NCBI RefSeq assembly: GCF_963921235.1
Contig: NC_086097.1
Coordinates: 123,134,001 to 123,198,000, forward strand
From: Mobula hypostoma
Taxonomy: Eukaryota
Direction of reading: 5' to 3'
Length of the DNA stretch: 64,000 nt
A program made the position numbers and the translations under genes. The stretch's first letter is position 1, and the number at the start of each line of letters is the position of its first letter. The notes under the pieces were generated by a model. The model was not told the origin of the DNA. It saw only the letters and a list, made by a program, of their open reading frames with translations, and made no database searches. Positions 38,451 to 51,029 of this stretch are shown here, piece by piece.

Positions 38451-39963
38451 TCTTAAGCTCTGAACTGATCAGAGAATTGCACTCAGGTATAATTCTTTGT
38501 TTCATGATGATACATATGACTTACAATAAGAAATATTTTACCAAAATAAGTTAGGGTAAACCGTACTCACTGCAATAAAATGTAATTGCATTTGCAGCTT
38601 CAAAACGTCATGGTTTGAGTGAATGACAGTTTGATGAAAAGGAGAATGCTGCATGTTCTATTACAATAAGAATCTCAGCTTGAAATTAGCACAGCAGTAA
38701 ACTGCATTCAACATCCCCCAGTGCATTTATTATCAAGGTATGTATAAATTATACAACCTCGAGATTCATCTCCTTACAGGCAGCCACAAAACAAGAAAGG
38801 CATTCAGCGTCATTCTGGCAGCCCAGTCAGTGGCAGGAGCAGCACAGAGAGGAGTAAATAAAAGTACAGAAGGGACAAGTGGAGCGGCCATTGTTGGGAC
38901 TGGGCCAGTGAAGAGAGTGGAAGTGTCCGGCTTTGGCTCAAAGGAGGCTTCGGCTCAGGGGTACAGTGCAGTTTAAATGGGCATTGTGTGTTTTTCATGC
39001 TGGACATTGGAGTTCTGGGAGACCCAGAGTCTCCCTGGGAACTGCACCTGTGTGAAGTGCGTCCAGCCACAGCTCATTGAAGACCATGTTAGGCTGGAGC
39101 AGCAGCTGGATGACCTTAAAGCTTGTACAGCAGATTGAGGAGATCATTGATTGAGGTTACAAGGAAGCAATCACCCCTAAGTTGCAGGGGGCAGGTAGCG
39201 AGGTGACTGTCAAGAGAAGGAATGGGATGGTGAAGAGGCAGTTAGCACAGAGCACCCTGTGGCCATTCCCCTCAATAATAAATATACTGTTTTGGATACT
39301 ATTGTGGGGGATGACCTCCCCAGGGGAATACCACAGAGACCAGGTTAGTGGTGCAGAAAAGAAAGAGGGAAAAGTGGGAAGCGGTAGTGATAGGGGACTC
39401 AATAGTCAAAAGGAGATTCTGTGGACGTGAATGGGACACCCAGATAGTATGTTGCCTCCCAGATGCCAGGGTCAGGGACATCTCAGATCGTATGCACAGC
39501 ATTTTAGAGAGGGAAGGAGAGCAGCCAGATGTCTTGGTACATATTGGTACCAATGACATAGGAAGGAAAAAACAGAGAGGTCCCGAAGAGAGAATATAGA
39601 GAGCCAGGCAGAAAGCTGAGAAGCAGGACCTCCAGGATAGTAATTTCTGGATTGCTACCTGTGCCATGCGTCAGTAAGGGTAGAAACAAGATGATTTGGC
39701 AGATAAATGCATGGCTGAGAAGCTGCTGCAGGGGGCAGGGCTTCAGATTATTGGATCATTGGGATCTCTTCTGGGGGAGATATGACCTGTACAAAAGAGA
39801 CGGGTTGCACCTGAACCCGAGGGGAACCAATATTCTCACGGGCAGGTTTGTTAGAGCTGTTGGAGAGAGTTTAGACTAATTTGGCGGGGGTGGGGGAACC
39901 AGAATGAAGGGACTCAGGATGGGACGGATGGTAAAAGAAGCAAAAATAACGTACAGTCAGACT

Positions 39964-40200
39964 ACAGGAATTCTGCAGATGCTGGAAATTCAAGCAACAC
40001 ACATAAAAGTTGCTGGTGAAAGCAGCAGGCCAGGCAGCATCTCTAGGAAGAGGTGCAGTCGACTTTTCAGGCCGAGACCCTTCGTCAGAGTTCTTCCTTC
40101 AGTTAGTCCTGACGAAGGGTCTCGGCCTGAAACGTCGACTGCACCTCTTCTTAGAGATGCTGCCTGGCCTGCTGCGTTCACCAGCAACTTTTATGTGTGA
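39964..40200. mobile_element. Penelope-derived inverted-pLTR mini-insertion (hairpin)
   Basis: 91-bp arms at 39998-40088 and 40109-40199 (3 mismatches), 20-nt spacer; perfect 12-bp TSD TACAGTCAGACT at 39952-39963 and 40201-40212. Confidence 0.9.
40104..40141 (+). ncRNA. Minimal type I hammerhead ribozyme motif
   Basis: UAGUC-CUGACGA-AGGGUCUCGGCCU-GAAA-CGUC^GACUG, identical to 9685-9722. Confidence 0.7.
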
Positions 40201-40306
40201 TACAGTCAGACTGTCAGGAAGGGCAGGGAGGTGATAGGACAAAATTGCAGCCAGCAAGGTGAGTATCAGTGCATTAGGGATGCAGAATCTAAAAGGGTGG
40301 CAAATA

Positions 40307-41951
40307 CAAGTGTCCCCCGCTTTTCGAACGTTCACTTTACGAAACCTCACTGTTACGAAAGACCTACATTAGTACCCTGTTTTCGCTTTCAGAAAGTGTT
40401 TTCACTGTTACGAAAAAAAGCAGCGCGCGATAAAAAATTTAGCACGCGATAAAAGGCAGCACGCGCCCCGAGCAGCCGCTGTGCCCCGGATTCGGAACGG
40501 CATTGCTTTAACACGTGCCTGTGAGCAGCCATTTGCAAGATGAGTTCTATGGTGTTGGAAAAGCCTAAAAGAGCTCGTAAGGGTGTTACACTTAGCGTAA
40601 AACTAGACACAATTAAGCGTTTCGATCGTGGTGAATGAAGTAAGGACTAAGTGAGTTTGGCTTGTGGAAGCTGACGAAGATGATGTTGAAGAGGTTTTGG
40701 CATCCCATGACCAAGAACTGATAGATGAAGGGCTGATGCAATTGGAAGAGGAAAGGATAACAATCAAAACCGAATGCAGTAGTGAAAGTGAAGCAACTAC
40801 GTGAGATTTTCGCTGCAATGATAAAGTACGACTTTAATTTTGAAAGGGTACGTAGGTTTAGGGGATATTTGCAAGATGGTTTGAGTCCTTACAAAGAACT
40901 GTATGATAGAAAAATGCGCGAGGCTCAGCACGCAAGCAAGCCTTCTACACCAGCCACAGCAGACGACGAACCTCGACCTTCGACATCGAGGCAGGCAGTC
41001 ATAGGAGAAGATGAGCTGCCTGCCCTAATGGAAACAGACGACGAGATGACACCCCAGTGTCCCACCACCCCAACACCCAGGCCACGGACAGATACTGTAC
41101 CCATTTGCGGAGAATGCAGCAGTAGCCGAAAGGCACACAGCACATCTTTAAGAAAAAAGCTGAAATAAACAAGCTAATCAATTAGGTGCCGCCTCACACG
41201 TAAATGTCGCCCAGATCAAAGGTGATGCAATTGGCAATCGGCACTGATCTGGGCCGACAATTACGTGCCAGGCAGCACCTAATTAATTAGCATGTTTATT
41301 TCAGCTTTTTTCTTAAAGATGTGCTGGATGCCACCCGGCTACCACTGGACCCCTGCGTGCCTCGCGGCAATGTATCAGTCGGTGGCCTGGAGGGTGGGGG
41401 CCACTGCACTAGCCAACCTGCGATGACTCAGTCTAACACACCATCAGCAGTGTGCTCTGCGCTGTCTTCCCAATTCCAATAAGTGATACTACACTGTACA
41501 TACATTATTTCTACTTTATATCGGCTGTATATTTTTACGTGTTATTTGGTATGATTTGGCAGCTTCATATCTTAAAGGTTACTGGAGAGCGCTTGCGCCG
41601 TGTTTTTGCCAACAGCGCTTGCGTGAGATTTTCTGCCAACAGCGCTTGCATGAGATTTTCTGCCAAGAGTGCTTGCGTGAGATTTTCACTACAAAGAACA
41701 GTTCAGTAATGATTGTGGAAAAGTATTTCTACTTTATATAGGCTGTGTATTTATCATATCATTCCTGCTTTTACTATATGTTACTGTTATTTTAGGTTTT
41801 ATGTGTTATTTGGTAGGTTATTTTTGGGTCTGCCAACCCTCACAAAATTTTCCCATATAAATAAATGGTAATTGCTTCTTCGCTTTACGACATTTTGGCT
41901 TACGAGCCATTTCATAGGAACGCTCTACCTTCGGATGGCGGGGGAAACGTG
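40307..41951 (+). mobile_element. Tigger1/TIGD1-like pogo deletion derivative
   Basis: TA flanks; imperfect TIR caagtgtcccccgc / gcgggggaaacgtg. Remnants KPKRARKGVTLSVKLDTIKRFDRGE, DVEEVLASHDQEL, YDFNFER…YKELYDRK. Confidence 0.8.
41586..41688 (+). repeat. 27-bp tandem repeat, about 3.7 copies
   Basis: Unit approximately agcgcttgcgtgagattttctgccaac. Confidence 0.8.
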
Positions 41952-42340
41952 TACTCTAAGTGTTTTATCTCAATGCACAGAGTATAAGAAATAAGGTGGA
42001 TGATCTTGTTGCACTATTACAGATGGTCTGGTATGATGTTGTGGCCTTCACTGAATCGTGGTTGAAGGATGGTTGTAGTTGGGAGCTGAATGTCCAAGGT
42101 TACACATTATATCAGAGGGATAGGAAGGTAGGCAGAGGGAGTGGTGTGGCTCTACTGGTAAAGAAAGGCATCAAATCAGTAGAAAGATGTGACATAAGAT
42201 CATAAGATGTTGAATCCTTGTGGGTTGAGTTAAGAAACTGCAAGGGTAAAAGGACTGTGATGGCAGTTATATACAGGCTTCCAAACGGTAGCTGGGATGT
42301 GGACTTAGATTACAATGGGAAATAGAAAAGGCACGTCAAA

Positions 42341-43155
42341 TGACAGAGTGTGAAGCAAAGTCATGATGGCATTAAACAGTGACTCTTTTCTTGCATTTTC
42401 GTAAAAAGAACTATATTTATCTTTGATATCTCCTATTTTCCTTTTCAAGGTTCTTTTGAAGACCCTGACCTGGAGTTACACTCTGACTTCAGTTCTTTGC
42501 AGGAATGCGACCCACTCTCAGGGACTCGCGACCGGATGCGGCCTGGAAAACTAATGTGCTTTCAGTGTACCAGATTTTTGTGGCTCTGGAGATGGGCCGA
42601 TTCAAGGCCGGTACCCCTGACCTAGACATCATGGGAGAATATGGAACATCAGGAGTGGCGGGCTAGCTGCCGGCTGTGTGCCCTGAGACCTGGGCTCTCT
42701 GGGCACGGAGCTCGGAACATGCAACACAACAGACTTTTAACACCATAAATCAGCGAGTTGTTTGTTATGTCTCCCCACTCGCTGTGAAATGGGAACATCT
42801 CTTTTTCCCTTATTAGGGACACAGTGAGAACCTGTGGTACATTCAATTACCGGGTGAATGAGTAGTCTTTGGTGTACTGCAAGTCTGTGTCTTTACTGAT
42901 GTTTTGCTACATGTTTGAGTGCTCTGTGGAGGGTGCCGATGCTCTTTTGCTGGTGGTTTGGAGGGGGGTGAAGGGGTTGTTGCCTTGCTGCTGCCTGTGC
43001 ATGGGAGGGGGGAGCCGGGGGGGGGCCTTTAGGGTTCTAATGTTTAACTGTCATTCATTCTTTGGGGCACGCCTCTGTTTTCGTGGACGTTTGTGAAGAA
43101 AAAGAATTTCAGGATGTATATTGTATATATTTCTCTGACATTCAATGTACCTATT
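42341..43155 (+). mobile_element. Longest copy of the non-coding retroposon family, inserted in CR1 ORF2
   Basis: CR1 endonuclease sequence resumes across it (gaaaaggcacgtcaaa|…|aagggcaatc); shares its body and 3' end with three other copies. Confidence 0.75.
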
Positions 43156-45821
43156 AAAAAAAAGGGCAATCTTATGATAGTCATGGGAAATTTTAACATG
43201 CAGGGATATTGGGAAAATCAGGTTAGTAATGGATCTCAAGGGAGTAAATTTGTTGAATGCCTATGGGATGGCATTTTAGGGGAGATTGCCATTGAGCCTA
43301 CTAGGGGTTCAGCTATACAGGATTGGAGGTGATTAGGGAGCTTAAGGTAAAGGAACACTTAGGAGGCAGTGATCACAATATGATTGAATTCAATTTGAAA
43401 TTCGATAGGGAGAAAGTAAAGTCTGACATAGCAGTATTTCAGTGGAATAAAAGGAAATTACAGTGGTATGAGAGAGGAGTTGGCCAAAGTAAATGGAAGG
43501 ATCTGCTGGCAGGGATGACAGCAGAGCAGCAATGGCATGAGTTTTTGGGAAAAATGAGGAAGGTGCAGGATATATGTATTCCAAAAAAGAAGAAATACTC
43601 AAGCAGCAAAATAGTACACCAATGACTGACAAAGGAAGTCGAAGCTAACGTAAAAGCAAAAGAGGGGGCATACAACAAAGCAAAAATTAGCAGGAAGATA
43701 GAGGATTCGGAAGCATTTAAAAATCCACAGAAAGCAACTAAAAGAATTGTTAGGAGAGAAAAGATGAAATATGAAAGCAAGCTAGCAAACACTATCAACC
43801 AGGATAGAATACGCTTTTTCCAAGTATATAAAAAATAAAAGAGAGATGAGAGTGGATACAGGACCCGTAGAACATGAGGCTGGAAAAAAAATAATGGGGG
43901 ACCAGGAGGTGGTAGGTGAGCTAGAAGAGTATCCTGCGTCAGTCTTCACTGTGGAAGACAAACTAGCAGTGTTCCAGATGTTGAAGGCAGTGAGGGAAGA
44001 AGTTACTATTACAAGGGAGAAGGTGCTCAAAAAGCTGGAAAACCTAAAGGAGCATAAGTTACCCAGACCAGATGACAGGAAAATTGCAAATGTCACTTCA
44101 CTCTTTAAGAAAGGAGGAAGGCAGCAGAAAGAAAATTATAGACCAGTTAGCTTGACCTCAGTGTTTGGAAAGATGTTGGAGTCAATTGTTAAGAATGAGA
44201 TTATGAACTATTTGGTGACACAGGACAAGATAGGACAAAGTCAGCATGGTTTCTACTGAAACCAACTAAAGGAATCCTTAAGGGGAAAATCTTGCCTGAA
44301 GAACCTGCTGGAACTCTTTAAGGAGATTAGAAGTAGGATAGATAAAGGGGATACAGTGGATGCTGTAAATTTAGATTTTCAGAGCACCTTTGAAAGGTGC
44401 CACACATGAGGCTGCTTACCAAGTTAAGAGCCCATTGTATTACAGGAAAGTTACTGCCATGATTAGAGCATTGGCTGATTGGTAGGAGGCAGCAAGTGGA
44501 AATAAAAGGATTCTTTTCTGGTTGACTGCCAGTAACTAATGGTGTTCCACATGGGTCGGTGTTGGGAGTGCTTCTTTTTATGTTGTATATAAATGAATTA
44601 GATGATGGAATAGATGGCTTTGTTGCCACGTTTACAAATAATACGAAGATTGGTGGAGGGGCAGGTAGTTTTTAAGGAAACAGGAAGGTTACAGAAGGAC
44701 TTAAGACAGATTAGGAGAATGGGCAAGAAAGTGGCAAATGAAAAGCAATATTGGAAAATGCATGGCCATCCACTTTACTAGAAGAAATAAATGTGCAGAC
44801 TATTTCTAAATGGGGGGAAAATCCAAAAATCTGAGATGCAAAGGGAGTCCTTGTGCAGAAGGTTAGCTTGTAGGTTGAGCTGGTGGTGAGGAAAGCAAAT
44901 GGAATGTTAGCATTCTTTTCAAGAGGTCAAGAATACAAAAGCAGGGATGTGATGCTGAGGCTTTATAAGGCACTGGTGAGGCCTCGCTTTAAGTATTGTC
45001 AACAGTTCTGGAAACTTTATCTTAGAAAAGATGTGCTGGCATTGGAGTGGGTTCAGAGGAGGTTCACAAGGATGATTCCGGGAATGAAAGGATTATTATA
45101 TGAGGAACGTTTGATGGCTCTGGGCCTATACTCGCTGGAATTTAGAAGAATGGGGGGTGGGGGGACTCATTGAAACTTTCTGAATGTTGAAAACCCTAGA
45201 CAGAGTAATATAGAAAGGATGTTTCCCATGGTGGAGGAGTCTAAGACAAGAGGGTACAGCCTCAGGGTAGAGAGGCATTCATTTAAAACAGAGATGCGGA
45301 GAAATTTCTTCAATTAGATGGTGGTGAATTTGTGGAATTTGCAACAACAGGCAGCTATGGAGGCTAGGTCGTTGGGTGTATTTAAGGGAGAGGTTGATAG
45401 GTTCTTGATTGGCCATGGCATCAAAGGTTACGGGGAGAAGGCCAGAGAGTGGGTCAGAGGAAGGGAATAAAGGATCAGCCATGATTGAATGGGGGAGCAG
45501 ACACAATGGGCCAAATGGCCTAATTCTGCTCCTATGTCTTATGGTCAAAATGCCGCCAAACTCGCGAACACTAAGCCCGGAGCAGCTGGAGCAGGCCCAC
45601 AGCCTCAGCCTGAGTGCAGTCAAGAGGGGAGCAAACGCGGCAACCAGAACCGGACTGATCCTCACTGCTGCTCCCAACACCCTGCCTTTTCAATCCATCA
45701 GGCCCGGCATTTAAATCGTCCAACCACTGGGCAGTTCCTCGCTCTAAGACTCAGACCCTGTCGCATCAATGCACTCTGGGCCTTAGATCATTCAGACCTT
45801 GCTCTCGCTCTGTGGACAGCC

Positions 45822-46797
45822 TGGGCTGCAGCGGGACCCTGCAAAGGATGAAGCACGGCTTAGCCAAGGGACAGATGGGCATGAGTGATAGGCTGGGGAA
45901 GGCCTCGCCAGGTAGACCAGAAGTATCCCCAGTAGTATCAGAACCTGAAGAGTTAGGTGAGGGGCAACGGAGGTCTCAACAGAATTAGGAGACCATCTGA
46001 TAGGCTGGCCTACGTAGCACCGGGGGATCAGAGTGTGGCCCCTACCGTTTTGGGGAGCTATGTCACTGCCTTTTACACCTGGGTTGGACTTTGTGCTTTG
46101 CAGGAAGGGTTGGCGAATTAGCTCAAAGTCATGAGGACACAACTAAATTTGGTGGGGGGGGGGAGAAAATGTAACGACCTGGGAAAGCTTTCCCTGCTGA
46201 TGTAATGGTATCTCCGTAGCGCAGTGTTTGGGTTATGACTAGAGATAACGGGGGCTGTGGAATGTGCACTGACCAATGAGGGGAGATGTTTTTCTTTCTT
46301 GTGTGCCTGAGAGTGAAGGTTTCGCAGTCTTTTTGTTCGGCAAAAGATGGAGAGAGAAGATGCCAGAACAGGGAAGTTGTAGACTGCAGGACGGAGTGGA
46401 CTTGGAATGGAGTCGGGTGTCAATGACACCCAGAGGGAAAATCGATGGAGAACGAACAGACGGGAAAACAGTGAGCTCCAACGTTGTGCATTAGACCGTT
46501 TCACGAGAATGGGCCCTTTTCTTTTTTGTTTCTTTACTATCCCTATAGTCAAATTAAGAATTATAAAGCTAAATTGTTTAATTGCATATTGTGTACTGTT
46601 TGTTATTTCATGGTCCTGATTTGGAACAGGGGAACACATCACACAGCATCCATCCAAACAAGATTTCTTAAGTTTGGCCACGCCAGGGGCTGTCTTCCCC
46701 TAGATTAAGTCACTGGCCGAACCTAGGGCAAATAGCTTCAGAATTGAAGTTTTACGACAGACACGAAGCCAGGCATCACTGTGGTTGGAGTAGGTCA
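45822..46797 (+). mobile_element. LTR-retrotransposon 3' piece (internal tail + PPT + LTR-like sequence)
   Basis: Polypurine tract 46151-46169 directly before TGTAACG at 46170; whole segment flanked by ACAGCCT direct repeats. Confidence 0.6.
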
Positions 46798-47359
46798 CAG
46801 CCTCCGTTCGGTGCAGAGCTGAGTAATCATCACGTAGCAGCCTGCAGAACCCGCCCTCACCTCTGGTCCTGACACACTGACCTTTTCGATCTGGCCTGGC
46901 GCTTAAATCACACAAACATCGGGTCATTCCTTGGGTTGGACCGCTCTGAAGCCTAAACCCCACCACCACCATTTGACCCCTACCCGACCTTTCCATTTCG
47001 GCCCTGCACTTAAATCAATCAGGCATCGGGCCTTTCCTTGCTCTTGAGGATGCCACAACTCTGCTTTGGGTCTGCTTCCACCCTGCCTCCGCCTCCACTT
47101 GCCTCGTCCATGCCTTCCCTGTACCTCCGCCACAGCTCACCTCTCCATTGTTAGCGTTGATCGTTATTAATGAAGCGTTATTAACAAAGTATTTAACAGT
47201 TTTCTTTGTTTTGTGCTTTAACTACCGAAAGCAGTCACTGGGCGTCGCCGGAAGTTTAAGTATGATTTTCAATCTCCCTCGACTTTTTATCTTTGGTGTA
47301 AAGATGTACAAAGTTACTATAACACAGTGCAACATACAAAAGACACATGCCATGATGGT

Positions 47360-47755
47360 AAACACAAGAGTTTCTGCAGATGCTGGAAATCCAGAGTAAC
47401 TCGCACAAAAATGCTGGAGGAACTCAGCAGTTCAGGCAGCATCTATGGTGAGGAAGAAACAGTCAAAGTTTCAGGCCGAGACACTTCATCAGGCCTGGAA
47501 AGGAAGTGGGAAGAAGCCAGAGTGAGAAGGTGGGGTGAGGGGAAGGAGAACAAGCTGCCTGGTGATCAGTGAAACTAGGTGAGGGGGAAGGACAGGGGGA
47601 TGAAGTGAGAAGCTGGATGGTGATAGGTGGGAAAGGTAAAGGGCTTCTTTTCCAGTCCAGATGAAGGGTCTCCACCTGAAATGCTGACAATTTATTCCCC
47701 TCTGCAGATGTTGTCTGATCTTCTGAGTTGCTGCAGCATTTTTGTGTGTGTTGCC
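47360..47755. mobile_element. Older Penelope inverted-pLTR insertion
   Basis: Minus-strand pLTR end (47360-47640) followed by a plus-strand pLTR end (47645-47755); both have decayed hammerhead cores. Confidence 0.7.
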
Positions 47756-48604
47756 ACAATATTTACCATCTCAATGTCCTGGAAGCGACATGAATTATTC
47801 ATAGCACAATCAGATTTTACAACGCCCACTCATCCCATGGTCAAAGTTACTTAGATCACATCTCTTCCCCATTCTGACATTTGGTCTGAATAATAACTGA
47901 ACCTGTTGACCATGTCTGCATGCTTTTATGCATTGAGTTGCTGCCACATGATTGGCTGATTAGATATTCACATTCATGAGTAGAGGTACTGATGTACCTA
48001 ATAAAGTGGCCACTGAATGTAGCTTCAGGTATCATATGGATCTCAGTTTTGATGGACATGACCCAAATGTCAACTTTTTATTAAATCTCAGCATTTGCAA
48101 CTTCAATGTTTGTAACACAGTGAGAATAGAAAATTGGCCAATATTTTAGACAGACATATAGTAACTAAAATTTTATTGTAGGTGGTTTCTATCAAAATCA
48201 GTTCATTACTTTCATTTATAGTTCAGCTCTGCTAAATACTTGTCTGATAAGAAACCACACTGCAGATACGATTAATCTTCCTTCTGCCTCGACAGGATGC
48301 CTATTTGCTTTGACCTTCAACTCCCAGACAGAGAAAGCAAAAGGAAGCAAGACTGACAAGTGGAACCGGATTTGACAGCACACACATTTCTCAGCATGCG
48401 TTGCTATATCAGTACTTGAACAAGTCAGTTCTGCAGCTTCACAACCAAACTGCCATCTCCTATTTCCAAAGTATCAATTATCAATGACCACAGTACTATT
48501 AAAATATACTTGACTACTCAAATACAATAACATCGATCTGTCATAAGTGAACAGTTACATTTAGAAGTCTGTCATTCAATGGCACAGCTTTAGAAGCTAA
48601 CATT

Positions 48605-50015
48605 ACACACTCAGTGACACAATTTCTGTACCTAATAAAGTGGCCACTGAGTATATGTTCATGATCTTCTGCTGTAGACCATCCACTTCAAAGTTCCACA
48701 TACTGGGGGTTAAGAGACGCTCTTCTGCACATCATTGTAACATATGACTTTTTTGAGCTACTGTTCCCTTCTTGTCAGTTGAAAGCAATCCGACCATTCA
48801 ACTTGGACCTCTCTCATTAACAAAGCATTTTTGCTCACTGAACAGTGTTACGTACCCCGTAACTGGGTTGCCAAACCAGCAGAAATGGATCACTCAGTTG
48901 GAGTCTGGAGTACTAGAACTAAGAAAGTTTTATTAAAGAACCAAGCAACACAGTAATCGAAAGGATAATAAATGCAACAGTTCAGCGATGATAAACACAC
49001 ATGTGCACAGAATTAAGATAACAGCATCAATCAAGCTCTATCGTTGTCTAGGGGTAAATGACCAAATTTCAAAGTGACTCAAAGTTCAGTCCAGTTAGTA
49101 GTTCAGTTCGCAGTAATCGTTGCCATGGCGATGGACAACGTGGGGGAAGAGAGACAGAGAGAACAGGAACAACTGATCATTCAGCACAGCTTCACTCACA
49201 GACCGGCGAGATGGCTCACAAGCAGCTTTTGGGCGGGTCCTTGGTGATGTCACCTGAGGTCACCGACTGTGACCCCTCCTCCAGATCCGGTCGATCCTCT
49301 GCAGTGAACCCGGCACCCAGGCAAGGGCGGACACACACCAGGTTCCCGCTGATCGTACCTTTCCACCCCGGGCGTTGTCTGGTACTTCTCACCCACTCGT
49401 GAGAGGCGTACCGCTTCCAGGGTCTCGTTACCTCGGGTGTCGTGTGTGTCTGCCTTAGCGAACCGGTCCCGTTTTATCCCCCTGCTGGGGTATCGCCTGT
49501 CCATCACTTCAAACAGTTCAGGGTTCAAAGGGGGGAGCTGCTCCAGACAGCTCTCTCTCTCCCGTCCCTTCATTACACATCTCCAGACGCTGCTCCATTG
49601 TTCCTTATCTCTCCTTCCCCTGAGGGCAGGTGGCAGACCACTTGCTGATTGTCACTGATGCTAACCTAGGCCAGCCAACATCTTAATTTTATGTGTATTC
49701 TCGTCACAACAGCCACTCACTGTATGTTTTATTTTTGTTTCTCGCACCATTCTCTGTAAACTCTAGAGACTGTTGTGCATGAAAGTTACAGTAGATCAGC
49801 AGTTTTTGAGGTACTGAAACCACCCCGTGTGGCAACAACAATCATTCCACAGTCAAAGTCACTTAGATTACATTTCTTCTTTGATGATTGGTCAAAATGA
49901 ATAACAACTGAATCTCTTAACCATGTCTGCATGCTTTTGATTGGCTGATCAGATCTAGATATTTGCATTAATGAGCCCGTGTACTGGTGTACTTAATGAA
50001 GTGGCACAATGTGTA
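48605..50015 (-). mobile_element. Tc1-derived non-autonomous element split by a solo LTR
   Basis: CNLSDFDCGMIVVATRGGFSTSKTADLL remnant; sequence is continuous across 48846-49712. Another partial copy lies at 47790-48020. Confidence 0.75.
48846..49708 (-). mobile_element. Solo LTR (863 bp), Gypsy-like
   Basis: TGTTACG…CGTCACA termini; 4-bp TSD ACAG (48842-48845, 49709-49712); AATAAA on the minus strand near 48930; CpG-rich. Confidence 0.85.
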
Positions 50016-51029
50016 AGTTGATTAACAAGGACCTCATCTTCAAATCCCAATAATTAAGAAATGCTGGTGTGTTTTTCTTGTGAAGTAAAAACCACAGGCT
50101 AATTCGTAAGATATTAGAACAAAACAGTATGTCTGAAGAGCGTTACTTTTCCAAAAATGCTGAAAGCAATAAAATGTGGAAAATTTAAACCCCCATAGAG
50201 ATAGCTCCGATATGTGTATACTGCCTTCGCTGAGGATCAGGTTATTGGATGTCAACTTTTGTATTACAGCTGATGGTCCACGAGATGTAGGTAACTTGGA
50301 CCAGACAGACAACTTTCAAAATTGCAGACAGCAGCATGGCATTATGAAAGTGTCCACATAAAAATAATGTCCACATCATATTTGCTATTTTAAAGATCTG
50401 GCTTCCCTGGATCACTGCACAGAACTTACTGCCAGAAGTCTATGAGAGGTAGATGAGAAGAAGAGGAGTTGCCTCTTGGTCTTGTCAAAAAACAGAGGAT
50501 AATTGTAGTCAAGGCTAAGGATCAGCGTGTCCACAGAAAGTTCTCTTGAACCTCTACAGATGTACCCCTGAAATAGGTTGCATATCAGCTTTGCATGGCA
50601 AATGCTCTGCTCTGAACCATCAGAAACTTTAGAATGTGGGTAAGCACTGTCCAGTTCATCAGTGGCCCATCACATTCTTCCATCCAATCCAGCTTCCTGG
50701 TTCATGACAAACAGTATCATCAGGATGCCAGCCACACTGGACACTCCATTTTCCCTCTTCCATCTTCTGGGAGAAGATTCAGAAGCTTGAAAGCCCAGGC
50801 AACCAGACTCCAGAACAGCCTCTTCCGCACTGCTATCAGACTCCAGAACCAATCACCTCTCTCATACCCCCTTCCTGGTGGTGTTGCCACCTTCTTGAAC
50901 CCTTAATTCTATCTCCTCGGTTGTTGTCACTTCAGCATTTCTTTTTGTACAACTTCACTTTGCACTGCTGTAATCTGTAAAATTCTGCTGTTTTGTGCTT
51001 GTTAATGTATTTATTATGATCATGTACAC

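Larger units (their letters stand above)
38820..45546 (+). mobile_element. Near full-length decayed CR1 LINE (ORF1 SGNH esterase + EN/RT ORF2) with three nested insertions
   Basis: ORF1 VVIGDSIV…CCLPDARV…VHIGTNDIG…DGLHLNPRG; ORF2 YLNAQSIRNK…TESWL, SDHNMIEF, NYRPVSLTS, LYKALVRP; 3' end ctgctcctatgtcttatggtc. Confidence 0.9.

Noticed and set aside
41586..41688. 27-bp repeats as a CRISPR-like array
   Set aside because: Head-to-tail tandem units without unique spacers, inside a Tigger, in eukaryotic DNA.
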